Source of the DNA: Malacoraja senta
Lineage: Eukaryota
Reading direction: 5' to 3'
DNA length: 49,551 nt
Assembly: GCA_038087875.1 (NCBI GenBank)
Contig: JAXLNO010000637.1
Span: 1 to 49,551, forward strand
The translations under genes were made by a program, and so were the position numbers. Positions within the stretch are counted from its first letter, which is position 1, and each line of letters begins with the position of its first letter. Below are positions 24,500 to 36,868 of the stretch, one piece after another. The notes below the pieces were generated by a model. The model made no database searches. It worked only from the letters and a program-made list of their open reading frames with translations, and was not told the DNA's origin.

Positions 24500-24886
24500 G
24501 CTGTATGGGAATTCACCGCAGGATACCGAGACAAAGAGAGGTGTTAAATTATACAGCATGTAGCCAATCTTGAGCATCTTTCAAACCAGGACTGATAAGT
24601 GGAAGGTAACATTTGCACCACTCCAGTGCCAGAGCGATGACCACCTCCAATGAGAATTTAACCAGGCTCCAGGTTATGGAGGACTAGGCAATATTATTGC
24701 CATTGAATATCAAGGCTAGCTGGTTAAATTCTCATTGGAGGTGGTCATCGCTCTGGCACTGGAGTGGTGCAAATGTTACCTTCCACTTATCAGTCCTGGT
24801 TTTAAATAATGCTCAAGATTGCCTACATGCTGTATAATTTGACATCTCTCTTTGTCTCTGTATCCTGCGGTGAATTCCCATACAGC
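24500..24886. repeat. Inverted repeat with ~166-bp arms (24500-24665 and 24720-24886) and a 54-bp spacer
   Basis: Arms are reverse complements with a few mismatches and a 1-bp indel. Confidence 0.95.
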
Positions 24887-26232
24887 AAAGCCTTTCCACC
24901 ATTTATCCACCATCTATGAGGAACAAGTCAGGAATTGGATGGAATACTCTCCACATGCTGGGTTGAGGGATCTTCCAACAAAACCTCAAGATTGTTGACA
25001 CATTCACAACAAAGCAATCAACATGAAAAAGAATAGCAAAGTCAAATGTGGGTCCTTTGAAGGCAGACACAGGTGAAATTATTATGGGTAACATAGAAAT
25101 CGCAGAAGGGTTGAACAGGTACTTCGGATCTGTCTTCACTAAGGAAGACACAAACAATCTCCCAGAAGTACTGGAGGACAGAGGATCTAAGGGGGTCAAG
25201 GAACTGAAAGAAATTTTCATTAGGCGAGAAATAGTATTGGGTAGGCTAATGGGATTGAAGGATGATAAATCCCCTGGGCCTGATGGACTGCATCCCGCGT
25301 CCTCAGGGAGGTGGCTTGAGAAATAGTGGACGCATTGGTGATCATTTTCCGATGTTCAATGGATTCAGGATCAGTTCCTGTGGATTGGAGGATAGCTAAT
25401 GTTATCCCACTTTTCAAGAAAGGAGCGAGAGAGAAAACAGGGAATTACAGACCAGTTATCCTGACTTCGGTGGTGGGAAAGATGCTGGAGTCAATTATTA
25501 AAGAGGTAATAATGGGGCATTTGGATAGCAGTAAAAGGATTAGTCCAAGTCAGCATGGATTTATGAAAGGAAAATCATGCTTGACTAATCTTCTGGAATT
25601 TTTTGAGGATGTGACAAGTAAAATGGATGAAGGGGAGCCAGTGGATGTAGTGTATCTAGACTTTCAGAAAGCCTTTGATAAGATCCCGCACGGGAGACTG
25701 GTGACTAAAATTAGAGCACATGGTATTGGGGGTAGGGTGTTGACGTGGATAGAAAATTGGTTGGCAGACAGGATGCAAAGAGTAGGAGTGAATGGGTCCT
25801 TTTCAGAATGGCAGGCAGTGGCGAGTGGAGTGCCGCAAGGCTCGGTGTTGGGGCCGCAACTGTTTACCATATATATTAATGATTTGGAAGAGGGAATTAG
25901 GAGCAACACTAGCAAGTTTGCGGATGACACAAAGCTGGGTGGCAGTGTGAACTGTGGAGAGGATGTTAGGAGGTTGCAGGGTGACCTGGACAGTTTGAGT
26001 GAGTGGGCAGATGCGTGGCAGATGCAGTATAATATAGATAAACGTGAGGTTATCCACTTTGGCAGCAAAAACTAGGGGGCAGATAATTATCTCAATGGGG
26101 TTAGGTTAGGGAAGGGGGAGGTACAGCGAGACCTGGGTGTCCTTGTACACCAGTCACTGAAAGTTGGCATGCAGGTACAGTAGGCAGTGAAGAAAGCTAA
26201 TGGAATGTTGGCCTTCATAACAAGAGAATTTC

Positions 26233-29200
26233 TTTTCCCATTTATTTATTTATTTATTTATTTTTGTTAGAAGCAATTGTACAAAAAGAAAATGATCGAC
26301 ATAACAGTTATACAATTTTTGTACTGCTTCAGTTTTAACATTTTATAAACTAATAACTAGATCGGGAAAAAAAGAAAAAGGAAAAAAGGGAAAGAAAGAA
26401 GAAAAGAAAAAGAAAAGAAAAAATGTCAAGAAAAACACGAAAAAGAAAAAAGGAAAACCCCAGAACTAATGATGGTGTGAAAGAAGCGGAGATATATCCC
26501 ACTGCCCTTCCATATGCCCGCTCACCCAACCCTTGCATCGGTTTTGAGTTTGTGTTCAACCATTATGTTGTTGAAGAAATTCAATAAAAGGAGACCATAT
26601 TTTTGAAAATTGATCTGGTTTGTCAGTCAAGACAAGCCTTATTTTTTCTAGATGTAGTGTCTCGGTCATTTCTGTGATCCACATCTTCACTGTGGGAACT
26701 GTTATTTTTTCAAAAACTTAAGTATAAGTTTTTTCGCAGTTATTAAACCATAGTCAAGGAAGCGTCTTTGAAATATCGTTAGATTAGGGCAGCCCTCTGA
26801 CCTTCCTAATATTATTAGTTTTGGATCTGGCTCCAATTGAGTTTTAAGAGTTTTAGAAATAATATTGAATATTTCCGTCCAGAAGTTTTGTATTTTTATA
26901 CAGGATACATAAGTATGAGTTAGGATGGCTTCTTGAAAGTAACATTTATCACAAAGAGGAGAGACAGTTGGGAAGATCTTGTTCAATTTGGTCTTTGAAT
27001 AGTATAACCTATGGACACCCTTCACCGAATTCTTACAAGGATAGTATGGCGCAACACAACTTTGGATTTAAATCCAACTATGGGTTGGGTGAGGTGGGTG
27101 GGGAGGGACGAGAGGCAGGTATATCACCACTTTTTTCTCTCTTTTTCTTCTTTTTTTTTTTTCTTTTTTCTTTTCTTTCTTTCTTTTAGTCGCTCTTTGG
27201 CTACACTACTTTGGTCGTCTAGGGGTGCTCTCTTTGCACCTCTCACTTTTTCTCTCTTGTTCTTTCTCTTTTCTTTTCCTCTATGTTAAAGTTAAAAAGT
27301 TAAAATTGCTGTACATTAACTGTATAATTTTATATGCTGATTGCTCTACTCTTGTACATTTGCTTCTAATAAATAAAAATAAAAATAAAAATAAAAATGT
27401 AAAAAAATGAATAGTATAACCTATGCAATACTTTAAATTGTATCAGGGCAATGCCTGGCATTTAAAGAACAGTAGTGTGTGTATTGTAGGCTTTCCTCCC
27501 ATATATCTTTCGAAATGGTTAAACCCAACTCGTCCTCCCATGCTCGCCTATAAATCTTAGAAGGTGGAGTGTCAATATTTAGAAGGGTGTTATAAATGTA
27601 AGATATCAACTTACTTGTATCGGCATGTCTATTCAAACAATCGTCTAATATATCTGGACCCATAAGAGGACAGTCTTGTATATATGTTTTCACGTAATCT
27701 CGGAGTTGGAGATATCTAAAGAAATAATTGGCATTCCTATTTCTCCTGCAGTTCTTGAAAAGAGGAGAGAGTCCCCTTCTGATAGATGTCTCCCACAGTA
27801 TTGATTCCAAGATTCTTCCATTGAACAAACACCGCATCTAAAATAGACGATTTAAACGAGGCATTATTCGCAATAGGAAGAAGGAGAGACATATTTCTCA
27901 ATTTAAGACTGAATTTCAGCTGTTTCCAGATACGGATAGTACTATGTATTATCGGATTTTGCTCATACGTTGACTTATTCAGATTGGAGATAGGAGGATC
28001 AAGCTCATTAACGCCCCTAACTTTCCAACTACAAAATGAAATTCCTTTCCCCCCTATTTTCCTAGCTACATCATCTTGCATTTTAAAGCTTACATGGTCT
28101 CTTTTGATTTAAATGGTCCAACACAATATTTGAAATGTTTCCTTTAAATGCTGGGTGGGTGAGCCCTATCCCCATTTCCCTTATCCCCCAGAGATATCTC
28201 CAAGAAAAATGTGCATTAGTAAAGATAGATGAGATATTTAGTAAAGGGTTTAGAAAGTGAAAAAGAAAAACAACAAAAATTACAGCATATAAGAATGCTG
28301 CTGGTGAATACCATCCAACGGTGGTTGAGTTAGTGAAAACTTCCGTAAAATAGATAATGTTGGATAACTCCGCACCTTAAGAAGTTAATAACTAAACAGA
28401 ACAAACTGTAAAAATATTAAAATCCGTCAGGGAGTCAACATTCCCAAGAAGTTAAGTATCTTAGTGGGAAACTAAGTAGTTGCATATTGAAAAATTTAAC
28501 TAACATACAGCACTTATTACTTAACTTTCTATTAATACTATTTTGACATATTAACAGACTCTAAGTCTGTAGGTTTATAACAACTTATTGATTATCATCA
28601 CAGCATAAACTCAGTAGAGTATTACTTATCCCTTGACAGATCCCACAGTGTCCTGGTCAAACTTGAATGCTTTATTAGGATCAGTAAAGAAGGATTCAAC
28701 CCCCTTATAAGTAACTCGCAATTTGGCAGGATATAATAGGCCAAATCGGAGATCTGGCATATCCCTCAGAATAGCTCTTGACTTGGAGAAGAGTGTTCTT
28801 TTCTTAACGACTTCAGCAGGAAAGTGTCTGAAGATTCGTATGTTTTCACCTTGATAAGTTAGGTTTCTGTTGCTGGCAACTTTCTGCAGAATATCCTCTA
28901 GAACATGGCAGTGGTGCACCCTCAGGATCAAATGTCTTGGTGGGGCTGTGGTGTCTGATCCCCGAATAGCCTCGCTTTGTTTTTGTGAAGTAACAAGAAT
29001 AGGTTCCAACTTACGGCTGATGTCGGTTTCAAGCGTCGATTACCCCTTTCAAGTCGGAATTCACCTCCTTTATATGGGCATCAATCTTGTCAATCTTGCC
29101 ACAGATTTCTGCCTTCACAGCTGAAAGTTCCTGACACAGTAGTGAACGGATGTCCTCCAAATCCAGAGGTTGCCTTGCTGCTTCCTCTTGGGGGTGTGCC

Positions 29201-29324
29201 ATAGGCGAGATAGGTCGAGGCTTCTTCATGGTCTTCAATAACTTCTGGTTGATGTTTCCGCGGTTGTTTTGGCAAGCGTCTACCGGGCATTTTAAAAGTG
29301 CCGGGGTCGCGTTCTGATGACGTC
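26233..29324 (-). mobile_element. Second-family L1, internally deleted
   Basis: 13-bp TSD ACAAGA(G)[A/G]ATTTC at 26220-26232 and 29325-29337; ORF1 remnants (PRHLILR, IRIFRHF, LLYPAKLRV); ORF2 start fused to its C-terminal region at about 28003. Confidence 0.9.
27014..27407 (+). mobile_element. Short retrotransposed insert, probably an L1 3'UTR of another family
   Basis: Perfect 18-bp TSD TGAATAGTATAACCTATG at 26996-27013 and 27408-27425; T-rich body and (TAAAAA)n tail. Confidence 0.85.
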
Positions 29325-29959
29325 ACAAGAGGATTTCAGTATAGGATTAGAGAGGTTCTTCTGGGGTTGCATAGGGCTCTGGTAAGACCACATCTGGAGT
29401 ATTGTGTACAGTTTCGGTCTCCTAATTTGAGGAAGGACATCCTTGTGATTGAGGCAGTGCAGCGTAGGTTCACGAGATTGATCCCTGGGATGGCGGGACT
29501 GTCATATGAGGAAAGATTGAAAAGACTAGGCTTGTATTCACTGTTTAGAAGGATGAGGGTAATCTTATAGAAACATATAAAATTATAAAAGGACTGGACA
29601 AGCTATATGCAGGAAAATTTTTCCCAATGTTGGGCGAGTCCAGAACCAGGGGCCAGTCTTAGAATAAAGGGGAGGCCATTTAAGACTGAGGTGAGAAAAA
29701 AACGTTTTCACCCAGAGAGTTGTGAATTTGTGGAATTCCCTGCCACAGAGGGCAGTAGAGGCAAAATCACTGGAATAGATTTAAGAGAGAGTTAGATAGA
29801 GCTCTGGGGGCTAGTGGAATCAAGGGATATGGGGAGAAGGCAGGCACGGGTTATTGATTAGGGACGATCAGCCATGATCACAATGAATGGCGGTGCTGGC
29901 TCGAAGGGCCGAATGGCCTCCTCCTGCACCTATTTTCTATGTTTCTGTGTAACATCAAG

Positions 29960-30290
29960 TGTCACCAATTATGATCATATGGTAGAAAGAGGATCTTTGA
30001 TGGCTAACTGAGGATCACTGGGCTGCTGACGGTACCCTGAGGAACGTCGATAATGATGTTCTTAAGCTGGCTTAATTCACCTCCAACATCCATGGCTACT
30101 TTCCTAAGTAGGAGCTTTGATTCCACTCTATGGAATAATTTCCCCCGGATGGCCATCGACTTCAATTTTACCAGGACTCCTAAATCCACACTTGGTGAAA
30201 TGTAGTTGTGGGTTTCACCCATGGAATTCAGACATGATTGACCCCAGGCCATTGCAAGGTCCACAGTAGAGAGGTCCTGGTGAAACACAA
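29960..30290 (-). mobile_element. Ancient LINE RT remnant
   Basis: GVLVKLKSMAIRGKLFHRVES.L..RK...VPQGTV.SP, a degenerate RT motif series. Confidence 0.6.
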
Positions 30291-30522
30291 GCAGGGAATT
30301 GGGAGAAAGTGATGCAGGAAATCTGAAATAACTGAGGTGGGGATGGACAGGGTATCAGTTAGTGATTGCAAAGGTGAAATCACTGTCATTTATGAAATAT
30401 TGAAGTTAATTTGTGGCAACTGCAAAGTGAAATGCCGATAATCAGTCACAAAGTCATACAGTGTGGAAACAGGCCCTTTGGCCCAACCTGCTTACATCCA
30501 TCCATCCATCTATCTCTATCTA

Positions 30523-31395
30523 TCTATACTATTACTAAAACTCTCATCTTGTCCTCTTCCGGTTTGCTTTAAAATTTGCGCAAAAACGCTATGCTATATC
30601 GCTAGGATTATTTCGCCACCTTATTCACCGCTCTCCTCGGCTCCAAGCGCACCAAGTTTTGTTCCAATCGGTGAAATATTACAAATGTTATTGATCAGTT
30701 ATTCGCCAGGACGGCGACACCCCTCCCAACACCCGCTGTCAATCACCGGCGCCGAGAATAAAGCTGAAGGAGCGGAGTGTGGGCTGTGTTCCGCGGGCGG
30801 GGGGCTGACTGTGTTGGTGGGCGGGGGGCTGGCTGTGTTGGCGGGCGGGGGGCTGACTGTGTTGGTGGGCGGGGGGCTGGCTGTGTTGGCGGGCGGGGGG
30901 CTGGCTGTGTTGGCGGGCGGGGGGCTGGCTGTGTTGGCGGGCGGGGGGCTGGCTGTGTTGGTGGGCGGGGGGCTGGCTGTGTTGGCGGGTGGGGAGCTGG
31001 CTGTGTTGGCGGGCGGGGGCTGTGAGCTCGACAGGCGCTGGGGACGGGAGCCATTGAGTGAGTCCAGCCGGGTCCTGGAGCCGGTGAGTGCAGTCAGAGC
31101 CGGGGCCAGGAACCGGTGAGCCCACACCCGCCCTCCCCACATCCACCCCTCCCCCACACACCCCCTCCCCCCCCCTCCCCCACCCCCCCCCCACACACAC
31201 ACACACCCACACACCCCCTCCCCCACACCCCCTTCTCACACCATCCACCACACCTCCCCCTCCCCCACACCCCACCCTCCCCTCCCCCACACCCCACCCT
31301 CCCCTCCCCCACACCCCACCCTCCCCCACACCCCACCCTCCCCTACACCCCCTCCCTTACAACCCCCTCCCCTTCACCCCCCCTCCGCTATACCC
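30523..31395 (+). mobile_element. Non-autonomous Helitron-like element (5' part)
   Basis: Begins TCTATAC...AAAACTCTCATCTTGTCCTCTTCCGGTTTGC, shared with the element at 38517; no 3' hairpin seen. Confidence 0.5.
30782..31023 (+). repeat. G-rich 21-bp minisatellite, about 11 units
   Basis: GGCTGTGTTGG[C/T]GGGCGGGGGGCT-type units; followed by a C-rich low-complexity tract at 31120-31395. Confidence 0.9.
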
Positions 31396-32224
31396 CCCAC
31401 CCTACACCCCTACACGTTCATGACATTGGATGCGAGTTGCATAGTTTGCAAATTGCCCCACAAGCTGCAACCTTGACACCCAAATGTTCAATTGTGGATG
31501 GAGCAGATGGTAGATTTCACCGAGACCTGTGGGAACATTGGGAACATTGCACCCTTAAAACCCAGGGCAGACTCTCCCAATCCATCCCACTCACACTATG
31601 CCATGACCTCTCTATTCCACATACATGCAGTGGTTGTTAGCTGCATGTAGCTCCTCACTAATACGGTGCCTGTGCAACTTATTACAAAGCTGCGTGCATG
31701 TGTACACATCAGGTAGTACTTGATCTCAATCTCAATATCAAAGCAATATTTTATGAAGCCCAGATTTACATCCAATTTACTTTAAATGCATAAAACATTA
31801 TTAAAGCCTGGCAGAATCTCACACAATGTTAATGTTGACCTGAAACTGGTCAGTATCAGGACTTAGTTGGTATTCTTTCCATCTGTCCACTTATTGTTCA
31901 ATTCCATTCCTTTCAAACCTTTCCTAGAACTTCCTCAAAGTTCACCTTTGGCTACAATCATCCTGTGTTTACAAGAACCTAAAATCTAGACACAACCAAG
32001 CTGGTCTTTTTGGCCAAATTGTTTGGTAAAGTGAACCTTATTGTACCTAAGTAGAGCGTTCTATAATCTAATGGCCGAGTAATGACAGAGTATAGATTTC
32101 TCATTGTTTAGGCCAACAGTCCCTTTTCTGTCACTCTGTGTTCTTCTAATAGTATAACTCCCAAATGACATTACTATTATGCTGCAATGACCTGATTTAT
32201 GACTTGTGCAGTAATCTATCAGCA

Positions 32225-32321
32225 ATGGAGACTGCCTGCGTGACAAGTATTCCTGCAGAGACTGAGGACAAATTTGAAATTGTACATCAGGAGGAGCAGC
32301 ATTCTGAAACGGAACTTCCAG
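32225..32321 (+). CDS. METTL21C: METTL21C-like protein-lysine methyltransferase, coding exon 1
   Basis: GCAATGG start context, CAG|GTATAA donor, phase 1 matching exon 2; an alternative in-frame ATG lies at 32165. Confidence 0.65.
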
Positions 32322-32480
32322 GTATAATTATATGTTTGATTGCCAGCTTTATTTGACTGATATTCACCTTTCTGTCAAAGCATGGATAAAGATACAACTG
32401 CGAGAGAGTGCTGATGCTTTCAAAAGACTCAAATGGTATTACAATTTGTAAATCTAAAAATAAACATGAATATATAAGCG

Positions 32481-33050
32481 AAGATAGACACAAAAAGCTG
32501 GAGTAACCCAGCAGATCAGACCGCATCTCTGGAGAAAAGGAATAATTGATTTCGGGTCGAGACCTTTCTTCAGACTGAGTCAGAGGGGAGAGAAACGAGA
32601 AAAGTAGGCAGTGATATATAGAGATATACAACAAATTAAGGATATGCAATAAAGTAACAATGATAATGGAAACATGCCATGTTTAGCTGTGTGCTAGATG
32701 AAAACGAGTTACAGACAATGAGACTCAACAAGTCGACTTTTAAGCTGGGACGACATGAGTGGGGGAGGGATGGAGAGAGAGGGGATGTAAGGGTTACGTG
32801 AATTTAGAGAAATTAATATTCATATGCTAGGTTGTATGCTGCCCAAGTGAAATATGAGATGCTGTTCCTCCAAATTGGGTTTGGCCTCATCCTGACAATG
32901 GAGGAGGTCTAGTACAGAAAGGTCAGTGTGGGAATGGGAAGGGGAATGAAAGTGTTTGGCAACCGGGAGATCAGGTAGGTCCAGGCAGACTGAGCCAATG
33001 GTGTTCAGCGAACCGATCACCCAATCTATGTTTGGTCTCGATGATGTATA
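32481..33050 (-). mobile_element. Penelope-like fragment (GIY-YIG end plus terminal repeat), intron 1
   Basis: PDLPVAKHFHSPSHSHTDLSVL...LEEQHLIF, homologous to 36455-36590. Confidence 0.85.
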
Positions 33051-33554
33051 AGCAACAGGATAGTATTCAGACTCAATAACTCCACTTTAAAATTACCACT
33101 TTTCAGAGTAAATCACTAGAGCACAATGGACTCCATGGATAATTACAAAATAACAATAATGATACAGTAGCAATGGCAATATGCACAGCAAGACAGAAAG
33201 GGCATACTATTTAATTTGAACATATATATATATAGTAACTTTTAGGTTTGTATTTATTTTTCTAAGTTTTGTTTCTAAGCACTTCATTACACTAACTTTG
33301 AAAAGCCAATGTTCTTTAAATATCAGCTACAAAATAGATATTATTGAGTTTTAGAGCTTTCGGTTACTTCAGATATAGTTTAAATTTGTAAATCAAATAC
33401 ATATTTTTCTCTTTTGAAATTTATTTTTCCTTAGCTCTACACTGTACAAACTATGGTGAAATAACTAGTTGCCTGGACTTGTCATTGTTGGTTACAGCGC
33501 TCCGAAGCTATTCATATTTTCCCAAGGATTCTCAAGGATTTGTCCACACCAGTA

Positions 33555-34210
33555 GAAGTCATGTTGCAGCTTTAGAAGATTTTGGTTAGGTTACAATTGG
33601 AATATTGTGTGCAGTTATGGTTCCCCCCCTGCCCACCACAAACCCTCCCCCCCCCACCCCCCCAACTCCCCACCCCTAACCCCCCCCCCACCCCCTCATA
33701 CATCCCCCCACCCCACCACCCCCACCACCCCCCCCCCCACCCCGTGAAGGTTGATGAGGCTTTGAAGAGGGTACAGAGGAAGTTTACCAGAATGCTGCCC
33801 AGATTAGAGGACATTAACTAGGAGAGGTAGGATAAAACTGGATTGTTTTCTCTGGAGTATCAGAAGCCGAGGGGAGGTCTGAGAGAAGTATATTAAATGA
33901 TGAGAGGCATAGATGGAGTAGACAGTCAGAAACTTTCTCCAAGGTTGTCAAAGACTAGCAGGCATAGATTTAAGGTGAAAGGGGTTTAAAGAAGATGTGC
34001 GGGGTAAGTGTTTACACAGAGAGTGGTGTGAGTCTGGAACACGCTGCCGGGAGAGGTGGTGGAGGCAGATATGATATTGGCATTTAAGAGGCTGTTAGAT
34101 CGGCTCATATATAGGCAGGGAATAGAGATATGGATCATGTTTGGGAAGAGGAATTTAGTTCAATGGCTTCATTTGTGGGCAGAATGGCCTATTCCTGTGC
34201 TGTACTGTTT
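33555..34210 (+). mobile_element. Degraded CR1-like 3' fragment with a C-rich insert
   Basis: VRLQLEYCVQLW...ALKRVQRKFTRMLP. Confidence 0.75.
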
Positions 34211-34211
34211 G

Positions 34212-34545
34212 ATAATAATAATAATAATGGATGGGATTTATATAGTGCCTTTCTAATACTCAAGGCGCTTTACATCGCATTATTCATTCACTCCTCAGTC
34301 ACACTCGGTGGTGGTGAGCTACTTCTGTAGCCACAGCTGCCCTGGGGCAGAATGACGGAAGCGTGGCTGCTAATCTGCGCCTACGGCCCCTCCGACCACC
34401 ACCAATCACTCACACACATTCGCACACATTCACACGCAGGCAAAGGTGGGTGAAGTGTCTTGCCCAAGGACACAACGACAGTATGCACTCCAAGCGGGAT
34501 TCGAACCGGCTACCTTCCGGTTGCCAGCCGAACACTTAGACCATG
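34212..34545 (-). mobile_element. tRNA-derived SINE with L2-like tail
   Basis: Minus strand: A-box-like TGGTCTAAGTG, B box GGTTCGAATCCC (34496-34507), GTGTCCTTGGGCAAGACACTT, tail TGTAAAGCGCCTTGAG...(ATT)n. Confidence 0.85.
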
Positions 34546-34709
34546 TCACACAATACCTGAGAAAGTGGTATAATTTGGTGTTTAATTACAAATTAAAATA
34601 TGCAGGAAAAACAGTCATCTCTAAATGTCATCTCTAACATGGATGATTATTGCAAATGCACCAATTATTTTCCATTAAAATTAACATTGTATTTTTATGT
34701 TTCCTTTAG

Positions 34710-34858
34710 AAACTTCGACAGATGTCAAAATACCTGCTCACCGGAGTTGGGTTCCGACTATTTACACTTATGTTTCAAAGGAATCATATATGTTTGCAGG
34801 CTACGATATCACCATCCACGAATCAACCGATCACTTTGGAGCCGTGATCTGGCCAGGG
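34710..34858 (+). CDS. METTL21C: METTL21C-like exon 2 (…ITIHESTDHFGAVIWPG)
   Basis: TTCCTTTAG acceptor, GGG|GTGCGT donor, family motif G-x-x-x-W-P. Confidence 0.92.
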
Positions 34859-35009
34859 GTGCGTTTTCTAAAGTATAATAACTTGGAATCTTTATTTGGG
34901 AGGAGAATAAAGAGAGAGACACAAAACTTTGAAAAAGTTAATGAGCACACTTTCTATACTTTGCAGAAATTGCTGTAAATGTATCCACCAATTTGCAATC
35001 ACCCTCTCT

Positions 35010-35430
35010 AGGTTTATGTTTAGGTTTAAATTTATTATTGTCTTGTGTACTGAGGTACAGTGAAAAACTTTGTTTTGTATGCTACCCGACCAGATCAGTA
35101 ATACTACACATAAATACAATCAAACCAAACTCCGGTACAATAGGTAGAGCAAAGGGGAAGATACAGAGACCAGGATATCATTGCAGCACATCAGTTCCAT
35201 AAACAAAGTCCAATGACCACAGTGAGGTAGAGGTGAACAGGACAGTACCAAAGCTTATGGAAGGACTGTTCAGAAGCCTGCTAACCAAAGGGTAGACGCT
35301 GTTCCTGAGTCTGGTGGTGCGCACTTTCAAGGTTCCGTACATTCTGCCAGATGGGAGCAGAGAGAAGGAGGAATGACTGAGGTGGATCAAGTCTTTGATT
35401 GTTGGCTGCTTTTCCAAGGCAGCATGAACT
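35010..35430 (-). mobile_element. Rex1-like 3' end fragment
   Basis: FSLLPSGRMYGTLKVRTTRLRNSVYP C-terminal motif; tail shared with 12525-12625. Confidence 0.7.
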
Positions 35431-35491
35431 GGATTAATTTTGCACAGGGTCGTGTATTTGTCATTCTAAGGTAAGAGGATCATGTCAAGGA

Positions 35492-36063
35492 TAATAATAA
35501 TAATAATTATTTTTATTTATGGGCGCCTTATACCAAAGTCTCAAGGACACCTTACAGAGTTTAACAAGTAAGAAACAAATAATCGGAGTAAAATAAATTA
35601 TAAAGACATCACCAATACACAAATTAAAGACAGAATTCGATCTAAAGACACACAAAGAAAAAAAAATCAGAAACACAATGTTAAGAGAGAGCAGCGGCAG
35701 CTAAACCGCGCCAACGTCCACTCTCCCTTCCGACTGCCATCTTGGACACAGACTAAAATAGACACTACATACAAAAATCATCCCCCCACAATGGTTACCA
35801 CTGTGGGGAAAGGCACAATGTCCAGTCCCCATCCCCAGTTCTCCCACAGTCAGGCGTATTGAGGCCTCCGCTATTGCCTCTACGGAGGCCCGATGTTCCT
35901 GGCTGTTCTCGCCGGGTGCTGTTGCCCCGGCGTCAGGAGAGTCCTCTCAGCGGCTGGGCCACCTGGAACGGCCGCTTCCATTGCCGTAGACCGCAGCTTC
36001 CGAAGCGAACAAGGCCGCGCCGGTTTGGAGCTCCCAGGCTCCCGATGTTGAAGTCGGCGCCGA
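35492..36063 (-). mobile_element. Retroposon with L2-like (TTA)n tail, unclassified
   Basis: Minus strand ends GTAAGGTGTCCTTGAG...AAGGCGCCCATAAATAAAA...(TTA)n. Confidence 0.5.
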
Positions 36064-36868
36064 TACTCATAATCCTCCGACATTTTCGCCACCTCCAATG
36101 GGATCCCACCACAGGCCACATCTTCCCATCTCCTCCCCTTTTGGCTTTCCGCAGAGACCGCTCCCATCGTAACTCCCTGGTCAATTCGTCCCTTCCCACC
36201 CAAACCACCCCCTCCCCTGGTACTTTCCCTTGCAATCGCAGGAAATGCTACACTTGTCGCTTTACCTCCCCCCTTGACCCCATCCAAGGACCCAAGCAGT
36301 CTTTCCAGGTGAGGCAGAGGTTCACCTGCACCTCCTCCAACCTCATCTATTGCATCCGCTGCTCTAGGTGTCAACTGCTCTACATCGGTGAGACCAAGCC
36401 CAGGCTTGGCGATCGCTTCACCCAACACCTCCGCACAGTTCGCATTAACCAACCTGATCTCCCGGAGGCTCAGCACTTCAACTCCCCCTCCCATTCCGAA
36501 TCCGACCTTTCTGTCCTGGGCCTCCTCCATGACCAGAGTGAGTCCCACCGCAAATTGGAGGAGCAGCTCCTCATATTTCGCTTGGGTAGTTTACACTCCA
36601 GCGGTATGAACACTGACTTCTCCAATTTCAGGTAGTCCTTGCTTTCTCCCTCCTTCCCCTCCCCTTCCCAGCTCTCCCACATCCTGCTGTCTCTGCCTCT
36701 TCCTTTCTTCTCCCCCCCCCCCCCCCCCACCGCCACATCAGTCTGAAGAAGGGTCTCGACCCGAAACGTCACGTATTCCTTCGCTCCATAGATGCTGCCT
36801 CACCTGCGGAGTTTCTCCAGCATTTTTGTCTACCTTTGATTTTTCCAGCGTCTGCAGTTCTTTCCTAA
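36064..36868 (+). mobile_element. Penelope-like element 3' part (GIY-YIG endonuclease plus terminal repeat)
   Basis: AFRRDR, CNRRKCYTC, NLIYCIRCSRC..LYIGET...RF..H; stop at 36635. Confidence 0.92.
36743..36770 (+). ncRNA. Minimal hammerhead-ribozyme-like motif
   Basis: CTGAAGA-A-GGGTC TC GACCC-GAAAC-GTC; helix I is not evident. Confidence 0.5.

Larger units (their letters stand above)
25027..29948 (+). mobile_element. 5'-truncated CR1 LINE split by an L1
   Basis: RT ORFs 25048-26075, continuation [11 protein letters not shown] from 29338 on, and TTTCTATGTTTCT tail at about 29935-29946. Confidence 0.92.

Noticed and set aside
30463..31640. Several 100-220-aa Gly/Pro-rich ORFs
   Set aside because: Produced by a stop-free 21-bp minisatellite and a C-rich tract.
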